Shown here piece after piece: positions 1-6,023 of a stretch of DNA of 11,257 bases (within the stretch, counting starts at the first letter, position 1; every line of letters begins with the position of its first letter). The translations under genes were made by a program, and so were the position numbers. The stretch comes from a virus. The notes beneath the pieces are model-generated. The model ran no database searches, was not told where the DNA came from, and worked only from the letters and a program-made list of their open reading frames with translations. The stretch lies in the UHGV virus genome UHGV-0341487, one strand, 5' to 3'.

Positions 1-228
1 GTCAACCTGATTCCATTCTTCAACCCAGGCATCAACAACCGCTTTGCTGGTTGATACATGTTCTTCTGAATCTACATTTTGTCCTGATATACAGAACATA
101 ACTGCCTCTGCTTCCAGCGATGCCAGAGCAATTTCATAAGCACGGCGCTCAATATTGTCTCGAACGTCCAAGCTGCCTATGCGCTCTTTGATTTCTTTAA
201 TCAGTTCTTTGTCGGTAAAAGTGGTCAT
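1..228 (-). CDS. Hypothetical phage protein, partial (C-terminus beyond window start)
   Basis: Minus-strand ATG at 228..226 preceded by AAGGAG (rc of 235-240); frame stays open to position 1. N-terminus reads MTTFTDKELIKEIKERIGSLDV. Start lies 1 nt past the stop of the upstream gene (230-232), so translationally coupled. No family recognised. Confidence 0.45.
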   Translation of the reverse strand, partial: MTTFTDKELIKEIKERIGSLDVRDNIERRAYEIALASLEAEAVMFCISGQNVDSEEHVSTSKAVVDAWVEEWNQVD

Positions 229-229
229 A

Positions 230-589
230 TCAATCTCCTTTGGTACCAATGTTTACAGCCTGGCAAGCCTCTTTGAGCACCCAGTCAACAGCGTCTTTCC
301 ATGCTCCGGTTTCGACTGGCGGATTCTCACGCTTTACCTGTTCATAGAAACGCACTGCTTTAATCAATCCTTCTGGTGTCAGTGGCACAGGCGGGACAGT
401 GAATAAGGCCTGAATCTCATAGCTCGGCCTGTCGTTGCAATCCTCTTTTGTCGGGACATATTTCCAGTCACCAACCCACTGCTTCCCCTGAAAGTCTGTA
501 ACGCCTTTTTTCACGTAGCGATATCGCCATGCCACTGGTTTTGCCTGCCCTGCCTTTTCATGCCCTTCCTGATAATTAATCTCGCTCAT
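230..589 (-). CDS. Hypothetical phage protein (119 aa)
   Basis: ORF-track ORF; ATG at 589..587 overlaps stop of upstream small ORF (ATGA overlap). No recognisable motif. Confidence 0.55.
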   Translation of the reverse strand: MSEINYQEGHEKAGQAKPVAWRYRYVKKGVTDFQGKQWVGDWKYVPTKEDCNDRPSYEIQALFTVPPVPLTPEGLIKAVRFYEQVKRENPPVETGAWKDAVDWVLKEACQAVNIGTKGD

Positions 590-762
590 TCATCGCCCCA
601 CTCATCACAATATGCTTCGACCGGTGTTTTCCCTGCTTCATAATCATCACGCCATGCTTCAGCATCAGCGGCACTTCCACCGCGTAACTCTGCATAATCC
701 ATTAACAGTTCATGCCATTCTTCAAAACTGGCGTTATATTTAGTTGAACCAGAATCAGCCAT
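586..762 (-). CDS. Small acidic protein (58 aa), not in ORF track
   Basis: Found by manual translation: ATG at 762..760 preceded by GAGGAA, reads MADSGSTKYNASFEEWHELLMDYAELRGGSAADAEAWRDDYEAGKTPVEAYCDEWGDE, stop TGA at 588..586. Start overlaps stop of upstream gene (ATGGCTGA) and stop overlaps next start (ATGA), fitting the coupled chain. About 16 acidic versus 4-5 basic residues. Confidence 0.45.
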   Translation of the reverse strand: MADSGSTKYNASFEEWHELLMDYAELRGGSAADAEAWRDDYEAGKTPVEAYCDEWGDE

Positions 763-937
763 TTTGTTCTTCCTCTTCGTCTTTTATTTCGTGATATGAG
801 TAATTGCAGTAGTTAAAGAAAATATCTTTTGCTTCGTCATGTATTTCATCAGGCGTCGCATCATCATCCACTTCGATTTCATCCTCGAAATCTCCACCGG
901 CTATTCCCGTTTCAATAATTATTTTAAACTTTCGCAT
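755..937 (-). CDS. Small hyper-acidic protein (60 aa)
   Basis: ORF-track ORF, ATG at 937. About 20 Asp/Glu in 60 residues including DDD and EEEE runs. Upstream SD GGAGG is separated from the ATG by a GC hairpin (see findings). Confidence 0.5.
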   Translation of the reverse strand: MRKFKIIIETGIAGGDFEDEIEVDDDATPDEIHDEAKDIFFNYCNYSYHEIKDEEEEQNG

Positions 938-1030
938 TTAACTACCGCCCTTTCGGGCGGCCTCCTGATGTTCTGAAGGTGCAGAAATCCCTCCGGTTAA
1001 GGATTAAATTTTTAACAGAGCTAAATTTAA

Positions 1031-1387
1031 TTATTCAGTTCTGGATTTTGTCGCCCTGCGTATCCGCGCTTTCGCGTTACGCTCAATCTGAATTAACTTT
1101 TCTATATTTTTCCGCCTTTCCTGTTCCTCCTGGCGCAATAGCCTTACATCATCTGCCAGTCTGGTTTCTCTTTTCGCCACAGAGAGCATCCAGTCAAACG
1201 GCTCCACAACTGCACCGCAGATTTTACAGCGGACCTGACGCTCTTTTTCGTCAACCCGGACAGAAGCGTGATGGCAGTATGGTCTTTCCGATGGCTCATA
1301 AAGAAAATTAACCTGATTACGTGGGTCATCCTCTTTTACCGGAAATAAAACGATATTGCTTAACTCATCTTCTGGATTTATTTCCAC
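1031..1387 (-). CDS. Hypothetical protein with CxHH...CxxC putative zinc-binding motif and basic coiled-coil-like C-terminus (118 aa from GTG)
   Basis: ORF-track ORF 1031..1468 trimmed to GTG at 1387..1385, which sits 6 nt after AAGGAG (1399..1394) and 1 nt after the upstream stop TGA (1391..1389). The track's ATG at 1468 would overlap the upstream gene by 80 nt. Motif PYCHHASVRVDEKERQVRCKICG. Confidence 0.5.
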   Translation of the reverse strand: MEINPEDELSNIVLFPVKEDDPRNQVNFLYEPSERPYCHHASVRVDEKERQVRCKICGAVVEPFDWMLSVAKRETRLADDVRLLRQEEQERRKNIEKLIQIERNAKARIRRATKSRTE

Positions 1388-1388
1388 G

Positions 1389-1925
1389 TCACTCTCCTTT
1401 GATGCGAATGCCAGCGACGCGTGGCACATTAACTTCCACAATGCGCACAGTTGGTTTGTACATCTCAATTGCTGTCAGCCAGTCAGCTCCTGTCATGCGC
1501 TTTTCTGCATCGCCATTAGTCCACTGAACCGGTACACCAATAGCCTTCATCGCGATTTCTATTTCCCCGGCAATGGCGCTTTTTCCGCAACCAGTAAAAC
1601 CAGATACAACGACAAGAACTTCGCCCTTGGCCGGTTTTATTTCCCGCGCTTCCAGCTCTTTAACGCGCTCCTCGAGTTCGTAGACTCTGCATTGTTCTTT
1701 ATCATCAATCAGATATAACCCAAGACATTCGCTTTCTACCCAGCCACCGAAATCATGATCGTAACGCTCACATGAAAACTCACCGTCGCTGTCCTTTGTT
1801 GGGATGGTGTAGCTATCTAATGGGCCACCATACGTCGGCACATTTCCCAATGTCGGATGCTCAATCCACATGAAAAATGCACGTCCGGTTATAGGGCAAA
1901 TATCTGGTCGCCATTGGTTACTCAC
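1389..1925 (-). CDS. Walker A (P-loop) motif protein, about 178 aa
   Basis: ORF-track ORF 1389..1952 trimmed to GTG at 1925..1923, 6 nt after AGGAGG (1937..1932); GTGAGTAA overlaps the upstream stop. Strand-loop-helix VLVVVSGFTGCGKSAIAGEIEIAM contains GxxGxGKS, encoded at 1578..1601. Confidence 0.6.
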   Translation of the reverse strand: MSNQWRPDICPITGRAFFMWIEHPTLGNVPTYGGPLDSYTIPTKDSDGEFSCERYDHDFGGWVESECLGLYLIDDKEQCRVYELEERVKELEAREIKPAKGEVLVVVSGFTGCGKSAIAGEIEIAMKAIGVPVQWTNGDAEKRMTGADWLTAIEMYKPTVRIVEVNVPRVAGIRIKGE

Positions 1926-2217
1926 TGTTTGCCTCCTGAAAAATAACTGCATGCCCCAGCTTCTCCGCCAGCGCCAGTTCTGCCTTAGCGCCTGCTGACC
2001 GCTGCCAGCCTTTCAGCATGTAAATCGCATCAACACAACGAATCATTGCCATGCAAATATCCATGTAGTGTGGCTGTGTCAGCCCGTCCGGAAGTACTGC
2101 CGGGTTTAAGACTGTATGCCCTTCCCGTTTCAGTTCCTCTTCCGCATCGTGGAACGCCTCACGGTTGAAATTTTTATACCCGGTCATCGGACCAGCGATA
2201 TAAATCCTCACCCTCAC
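1918..2217 (-). CDS. DUF4406-like / nucleoside 2-deoxyribosyltransferase-fold protein (99 aa)
   Basis: N-terminal RIYIAGPMTG followed by NP and a GW..S.GA..E pattern, characteristic of the DUF4406 / nucleoside deoxyribosyltransferase-like fold (recalled, not searched). GTG start at 2217 overlaps upstream stop (GTGA); AGGAGG 7 nt upstream. Confidence 0.6.
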   Translation of the reverse strand: MRVRIYIAGPMTGYKNFNREAFHDAEEELKREGHTVLNPAVLPDGLTQPHYMDICMAMIRCVDAIYMLKGWQRSAGAKAELALAEKLGHAVIFQEANSE

Positions 2218-2636
2218 GCCATCACCTCCTGAAAATTACCCTGATAGAACGCCAGCACACGCTGCATAGCTTCGCTCTTCCGGCACTCGCGACAGATTAT
2301 GTTCTGACGCCTGTCGTAGCGGCGTATTTCTCCGTCTGGTAATGACCAGATAAGGTCCGGATCAACCGCAGATGGTTTCTTCAGCTTTGCCCTTGAGAGC
2401 TTTTTACGGGTATTTTGCCAATCCTTACGCGCCTGTTCAGACGGGAATAACCCGTAACCAGAGTTGTATACATCGCCACTGGCAACCAGCTCTCTGGCCA
2501 GAACGCTCATCAGATATCTTGTTGCCCCAGTTTTAGCTTCCAGTTGTCGTAACGTCTCGCGTCCACTCTGGCGTACGAGTTCAAGAACCTGCCCTTTAAT
2601 TTTTTCCCGCTCTTCTTGTGTAAAAACTTTTGCCAC
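2214..2636 (-). CDS. Hypothetical protein (140 aa), possibly winged-helix-like N-terminus
   Basis: ORF-track ORF; GTG start at 2636 preceded by AGGAGG (2646..2641). Sits where lambdoid phages usually carry a helicase loader, but is too short and shows no ATPase motif. Confidence 0.5.
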   Translation of the reverse strand: MAKVFTQEEREKIKGQVLELVRQSGRETLRQLEAKTGATRYLMSVLARELVASGDVYNSGYGLFPSEQARKDWQNTRKKLSRAKLKKPSAVDPDLIWSLPDGEIRRYDRRQNIICRECRKSEAMQRVLAFYQGNFQEVMA

Positions 2637-2676
2637 AAGCCCTCCTGAAAATTACCTCATGACCAGAAATTAACAC

Positions 2677-3747
2677 TTACCCCCTGAAGCCCGGCGGAAT
2701 TTCGTTATCCGGTTCAGAAATATGATTCACACAACGCTGGTTGTTCGTGCTGCTTACCGGGAGCAACCAGGGGTTCTCAAAATTCCGGTCCGGTCCAAAA
2801 AACGTCGTCGCTCGCTGAACAAATTCCGTTCCCGTTTTCCCGGTAGCCGCCAAGTATCTTGCGTAACGCCTCACGCCATCCAGCATGGCCTCTGGTGGCA
2901 CCCCCTCGCGTAATCTGGCCTTCCAGGCACTGAAAGCGGATTTCTTCGGGTTTGCTCCGGCACGCAACGGGTACTCCCGCCAGACCTGTTCGAACACATC
3001 CGGATAATCCACTCGTCCCACAGACTGCCCGGTGCTTTCCGGGACTACCCGATCGGCTTCCCGCTGAATGGCGGAATCGGCTTCAGGCTGCTGCAGTTGG
3101 TGTGATTGCTCCGGCCTTGCGGTCATCACCTGCTGCACAGCGCCCGAATCGGCTTTCAGCGCATACGCTGAATCGGCTTCCGGTGTCGTGCCTGCTGGCT
3201 GACCAGGATTGACGGTCTGAACATCCCCTGCCTGGTTCGTGGCGTTTTTTACGCCATGGACCATAGTGTTTTGATCTTCTTGATCTGTATCTTTATCTGT
3301 ATCTTTATCTGTCGTGACTCGTCGTGACATGTGCGTGACATTTCGTGACGCGCCGTGACAATCGCCATTTTGTTCCCGCTTTCTTTCCCTCTCTCGCTGC
3401 GCCCTCTTGCGCTCTGCAGGAGATTTTGCGGTTTGCGAAATATTGCCGTTGTCCTCTTTAAGCACCTGGCGTTTTTCCCATCCAGTGATTAAATCACCAT
3501 CAAGTACCCGCCCCTGCATCGTCTGCAAAATTGAATCAATTACCTCTTCTGTCACGTCGAGCGCACTTGCCAAATCTTCTGTCGTGACATCAATGTGACC
3601 TCGCGTGACATTTCGTGACGCGCTCACCAGGAGGTGGATATACACTGCCATCACTGTTGCAATTGGCTGCCCTGACACCCTGGCAATTGTTCGCCACTTA
3701 GGGTCATTTGGCATGTCATGCCATAATCTGAGCCAGGCGTTAGCCAT
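2677..3747 (-). CDS. Phage replication initiator (lambda O-like functional analogue) with origin iterons inside its coding sequence
   Basis: ORF-track ORF 2677..3753; start moved to ATG at 3747..3745, 5 nt after GAGGTG. Position directly downstream of the cro-like/YdaT-like genes. Two clusters of CGTGAC iterons lie inside the gene and are mirrored in the protein as RNVTRGHIDVTT and RNVTHMSRRVTTDKDTDKDTD. Confidence 0.7.
   Translation of the reverse strand: MANAWLRLWHDMPNDPKWRTIARVSGQPIATVMAVYIHLLVSASRNVTRGHIDVTTEDLASALDVTEEVIDSILQTMQGRVLDGDLITGWEKRQVLKEDNGNISQTAKSPAERKRAQRERERKREQNGDCHGASRNVTHMSRRVTTDKDTDKDTDQEDQNTMVHGVKNATNQAGDVQTVNPGQPAGTTPEADSAYALKADSGAVQQVMTARPEQSHQLQQPEADSAIQREADRVVPESTGQSVGRVDYPDVFEQVWREYPLRAGANPKKSAFSAWKARLREGVPPEAMLDGVRRYARYLAATGKTGTEFVQRATTFFGPDRNFENPWLLPVSSTNNQRCVNHISEPDNEIPPGFRG
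3283..3359. repeat. Origin-like repeat block: two tandem 12-bp ATCTGTATCTTT units plus a third diverged unit (3307-3318) that overlaps the first of five CGTGAC iterons at about 10-bp spacing
   Basis: Seen in sequence: atctgtatcttt at 3283-3294 and 3295-3306; cgtgac at 3313, 3323, 3334, 3344, 3354. Helical-turn spacing puts the sites on one face of the DNA. Confidence 0.65.
3583..3623. repeat. Second iteron cluster (CGTGAC/TGTGAC, four copies at 10-11 bp spacing), with a 20-bp exact copy of an iteron pair from the first cluster
   Basis: cgtgacatttcgtgacgcgc occurs at 3334-3353 and again at 3604-3623; additional copies at 3583 and 3594; an inverted gtcacg at 3551. Confidence 0.6.
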
Positions 3748-3818
3748 ACTCACCTCTTTTGATACCGAATCTTTTTACTCACAAATTGCCGGAAGTGATC
3801 CGGTATGAATATTGCGAG

Positions 3819-4244
3819 TCAATGCACAGCCACAATATTTCCTGCAGGGCCACCACGATTCATCTGGTTGAAACCAGCGATCGCCACTGCGACAAAATCA
3901 TCAGCGTCTCTCACCAGTCGTTCCCGCGTCTCCACTAGTTCCCGAAAATAGGCTGAGCTATGACTGCGCATTCGGGCCACCAGCAGAGGTGGCATTGCTT
4001 TTTCGATAGCTGGTAACAACGCCTGAATTTTTTTAACCGCATCAGGGGTGTCTTTCTCCACCCAGCGGAAAATTTTCTGAGTATTGCGAGCTAGGGCTTC
4101 CGGATGGCTGTCGTCATACAGTTCCGGGAACGTCATTCCCAGCTCGAAATACGCTTTGGTAATTTTCGCAGCCGGTACTTTTTCGCCGTCCGGATGCGCC
4201 CAGGCATTCATCGCCATGCGGATATGTTCATGTTTGATTTTCAT
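3819..4244 (-). CDS. YdaT-like prophage protein (CII-position gene), 141 aa
   Basis: Begins MKIKHEHI and sits immediately downstream of the cro-like gene with an ATGA start/stop overlap, as ydaT follows ydaS in Rac. Family assignment is from memory of the YdaT N-terminus and gene position, not a search. Confidence 0.55.
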   Translation of the reverse strand: MKIKHEHIRMAMNAWAHPDGEKVPAAKITKAYFELGMTFPELYDDSHPEALARNTQKIFRWVEKDTPDAVKKIQALLPAIEKAMPPLLVARMRSHSSAYFRELVETRERLVRDADDFVAVAIAGFNQMNRGGPAGNIVAVH

Positions 4245-4468
4245 GAATCACTCTTCCTTTTGTCCCGGGTGGTATCCTTCTTTTTGTAAAGCTCTGGGTT
4301 CAAAGATAATTTTCCCTTGGAGTATGCAGCAGCTTCCGCAGCTCTCCCTTTCGGAACTATTTCACCGGGGCGCTTACGCCACATGTAAATAGCTTCGCGG
4401 GTTATCCCATAAAAATCAGCGACCCTCTGAACAGAGCCAAAAAACTGAACAAGTTCATCAACTCGCAT
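4241..4468 (-). CDS. Cro/DicC-like small HTH regulator (75 aa)
   Basis: Divergent from the repressor gene; FGSxxxxAxxxGIxxxxxYxWxxxxxxVPxGRA pattern resembles DicC/Cro-type proteins; basic C-terminal tail; SD GGAGAG 5 nt upstream of ATG at 4468. Confidence 0.7.
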   Translation of the reverse strand: MRVDELVQFFGSVQRVADFYGITREAIYMWRKRPGEIVPKGRAAEAAAYSKGKLSLNPELYKKKDTTRDKRKSDS

Positions 4469-4564
4469 TTTACTCTCCTAAAATCTAAGTATTTTTAGAT
4501 TACAGGATAATTTTTTTTAGGTCAATGCAATCTAAAATAATTTATATTCAACTCGCGGGAGAAA
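4469..4564. promoter_or_regulatory. Divergent immunity control region (OR-like) with two 20-bp operators
   Basis: Operator 1 at 4482-4501, aatctaa-gtattt-ttagatt, with perfect 7-bp inverted arms. Operator 2 at 4529-4548, aatctaa-aataat-ttatatt, with one arm mismatch. On the minus strand a TTGACC -35 and a -10 inside operator 1 could drive cro; exact promoter hexamers are inferred. Confidence 0.6.
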
Positions 4565-5212
4565 ATGATGGAAAGCCTTGGCATCAGGCTTAAGAAACTC
4601 AGAAAAGATAAGGGACTCACCCAAGTAGAACTGGGTAAGCTTTCAGGCGTGACTGGGGTTACTATAGGGTACTGGGAGAAAGATCTAAACGAACCCGGCA
4701 GCAAAGCTCTAAGTAAGTTAGCCCAGGCATTAGGAACTACTGAGTCCTATCTCCTGTATGGAGTATCGTCTCCTGAACTATCTTTTGTGCAGAGCAATCC
4801 AGGCACCAAGATCCCCTACTTTTCGTGGGGTGACGCGATTTCTTTCCTAATCTTAGAAGGAGAGAAAACAATGGGAAATGTCGATAGGATCACCACATTC
4901 TTTGATGTAGTGGAAGGTGATTTTGCCGTTTCAATGCCTGATGACACTATGCATAACCCCTCAGGGTCACCAAGTATCCCGGTTGGTGCCACTGTGATCC
5001 TAAGACCAGGAGAGAGTTATAAAAATGGCAGTATCGTCGCTGTAATAGTTCCAGATCCACTTACAAATGAACCGTCTATGACTATAAAAAAATTAGTTAT
5101 TGATGGAAAACTTGTGTATTTAAGCCCTCTCAATCCGCGCTATCAATCATCCTTGCTTACGCCAGAGTGTAAAATTGTTGCCGTAGCAAAAGGTGTGCAG
5201 TTCAACCTATAA
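4565..5212 (+). CDS. cI-type prophage repressor (HTH_XRE N-domain plus S24 LexA-like autopeptidase C-domain)
   Basis: N-terminal LTQVELGKLSGVTGVTIGYWE helix-turn-helix; C-terminal AVSMPDD (Ser nucleophile context) and TIKKLV (Lys) typical of the LexA/cI self-cleaving domain. The ATG at 4568 has better SD spacing than 4565, so the true start may be 4568. Confidence 0.85.
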   Translation: MMESLGIRLKKLRKDKGLTQVELGKLSGVTGVTIGYWEKDLNEPGSKALSKLAQALGTTESYLLYGVSSPELSFVQSNPGTKIPYFSWGDAISFLILEGEKTMGNVDRITTFFDVVEGDFAVSMPDDTMHNPSGSPSIPVGATVILRPGESYKNGSIVAVIVPDPLTNEPSMTIKKLVIDGKLVYLSPLNPRYQSSLLTPECKIVAVAKGVQFNL

Positions 5213-5233
5213 CCCTGCTATGTCCTTGAACTT

Positions 5234-5260
5234 AAGGTCGGTTATGCCGACCTTTTTTTT
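5234..5260 (+). terminator. Intrinsic terminator downstream of the repressor gene
   Basis: aaggtcgg-ttatg-ccgacctt stem-loop (8-bp stem) followed immediately by an 8-nt T run. Confidence 0.7.
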
Positions 5261-5310
5261 AAATTAATTTAGATTCCCCTTGACTATAAAACTAAATACT
5301 TTTAGATTTA
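5261..5310 (+). promoter_or_regulatory. pL-like early-left promoter with overlapping operator (OL)
   Basis: TTGACT at 5280-5285, 17-bp spacer, TAGATT at 5303-5308. Operator aaactaa-atactt-ttagatt at 5289-5308 is near-identical to OR operator 1; an extra TTAGATT half-site at 5269-5275. Confidence 0.55.
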
Positions 5311-5489
5311 TTGCATACCAACCCACCCCGCCCCATAGAACGCCGGGCAATACTTCGAGTTACCAGGCAGTGGTCAGGGGTTAAGTAGCCAGCCCGAGGC
5401 GTAAGAACATGACGGCAGGGTTCAACTTTAATAACTATGCAGCAGGTTTTTGTTCCGCTACCCCGGCGTTAAGGGGAAATGAGGTCAAC

Positions 5490-5645
5490 ATGGATACTAT
5501 CGATCTTGGCAACAACGAATCTCTGGTGTACGGCGTGTTTCCCAACCAGGACGGCACATTCACCGCGATGACGTATACCAAAAGCAAAACGTTTAAAACC
5601 GAAAATGGTGCCCGTCGCTGGCTGGAAAGAAACTCAGGTGAGTGA
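5490..5645 (+). CDS. ydfA: YdfA-like small protein (51 aa)
   Basis: ORF-track ORF 5409..5645 trimmed to ATG at 5490, 5 nt after GAGGT; 51 aa equals the YdfA length and it is the first gene of a ydfABC-dicF-dicB-ydfD-ordered operon. Symbol assigned by synteny and size from memory. The upstream ATG at 5409 is an alternative start. Confidence 0.5.
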   Translation: MDTIDLGNNESLVYGVFPNQDGTFTAMTYTKSKTFKTENGARRWLERNSGE

Positions 5646-5646
5646 T

Positions 5647-5775
5647 ATGGATTTCGACACAATCATGAAAAAGGCTTACGAAGAATACTTCGAAGGCCTT
5701 ACCGAAGGCGAAGAAGCTCTCAGCTTCAGTGAGTTTAAACAGGCGCTTTCCAGCTCGGCAAAATCTAACGGCTGA
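5647..5775 (+). CDS. ydfB: YdfB-like small protein (42 aa), not in ORF track
   Basis: Manual translation MDFDTIMKKAYEEYFEGLTEGEEALSFSEFKQALSSSAKSNG; ATG 1 nt after the upstream stop with AGGTGAG SD; size and position match ydfB. Confidence 0.5.
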   Translation: MDFDTIMKKAYEEYFEGLTEGEEALSFSEFKQALSSSAKSNG

Positions 5776-5804
5776 TAAGCGAAGCAGCACCGCGAGGAAT
5801 CAGT

Positions 5805-6023
5805 ATGCAGAAACGAGAACCCGTCATCATCGCGCCAGACTATACCGATGATGAACTTTATGAGTGGATGCGCCAGAAAATTAATGCAGCGCAGGATCTG
5901 AAATGGGCCAATGAAGCCAGGGCTAAGCAGGCTGAAAATCTGTCCGCTCTGGAGCAGGATATCACCAGGCTGGAAAAAGCAGCGGCATTAAGCATTGCCA
6001 GAATGATTACATACCAGCGTTAA
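5805..6023 (+). CDS. ydfC: YdfC-like protein (72 aa)
   Basis: ORF-track ORF with GAGGAA SD; 72 aa and position match ydfC of the dicB operon. Confidence 0.6.
   Translation: MQKREPVIIAPDYTDDELYEWMRQKINAAQDLKWANEARAKQAENLSALEQDITRLEKAAALSIARMITYQR

Noticed and set aside
979-1718. Plus-strand ORFs of 110, 68 and 120 aa overlapping the minus-strand early genes
   Set aside because: Opposite to the coherent, translationally coupled minus-strand operon, with no SD; likely shadow ORFs.
1389-1952. ORF-track start at ATG 1952 for the Walker-A protein and ATG 1468 for the zinc-motif protein
   Set aside because: Both would overlap the preceding genes by 35 and 80 nt; internal GTG codons at 1925 and 1387 have canonical SD spacing and tight stop-start coupling, so the longer versions are judged to be over-extensions.
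3283-3623. Possible CRISPR array because of short regularly spaced repeats
   Set aside because: The repeats are 6-7 bp at about 10-bp spacing inside a coding sequence with no spacer-repeat architecture; they are origin iterons.
2677-3753. GTG at 3753 as start of the replication initiator
   Set aside because: The ATG two codons downstream (3747) has a GAGGTG SD at optimal spacing, whereas the GTG has none.
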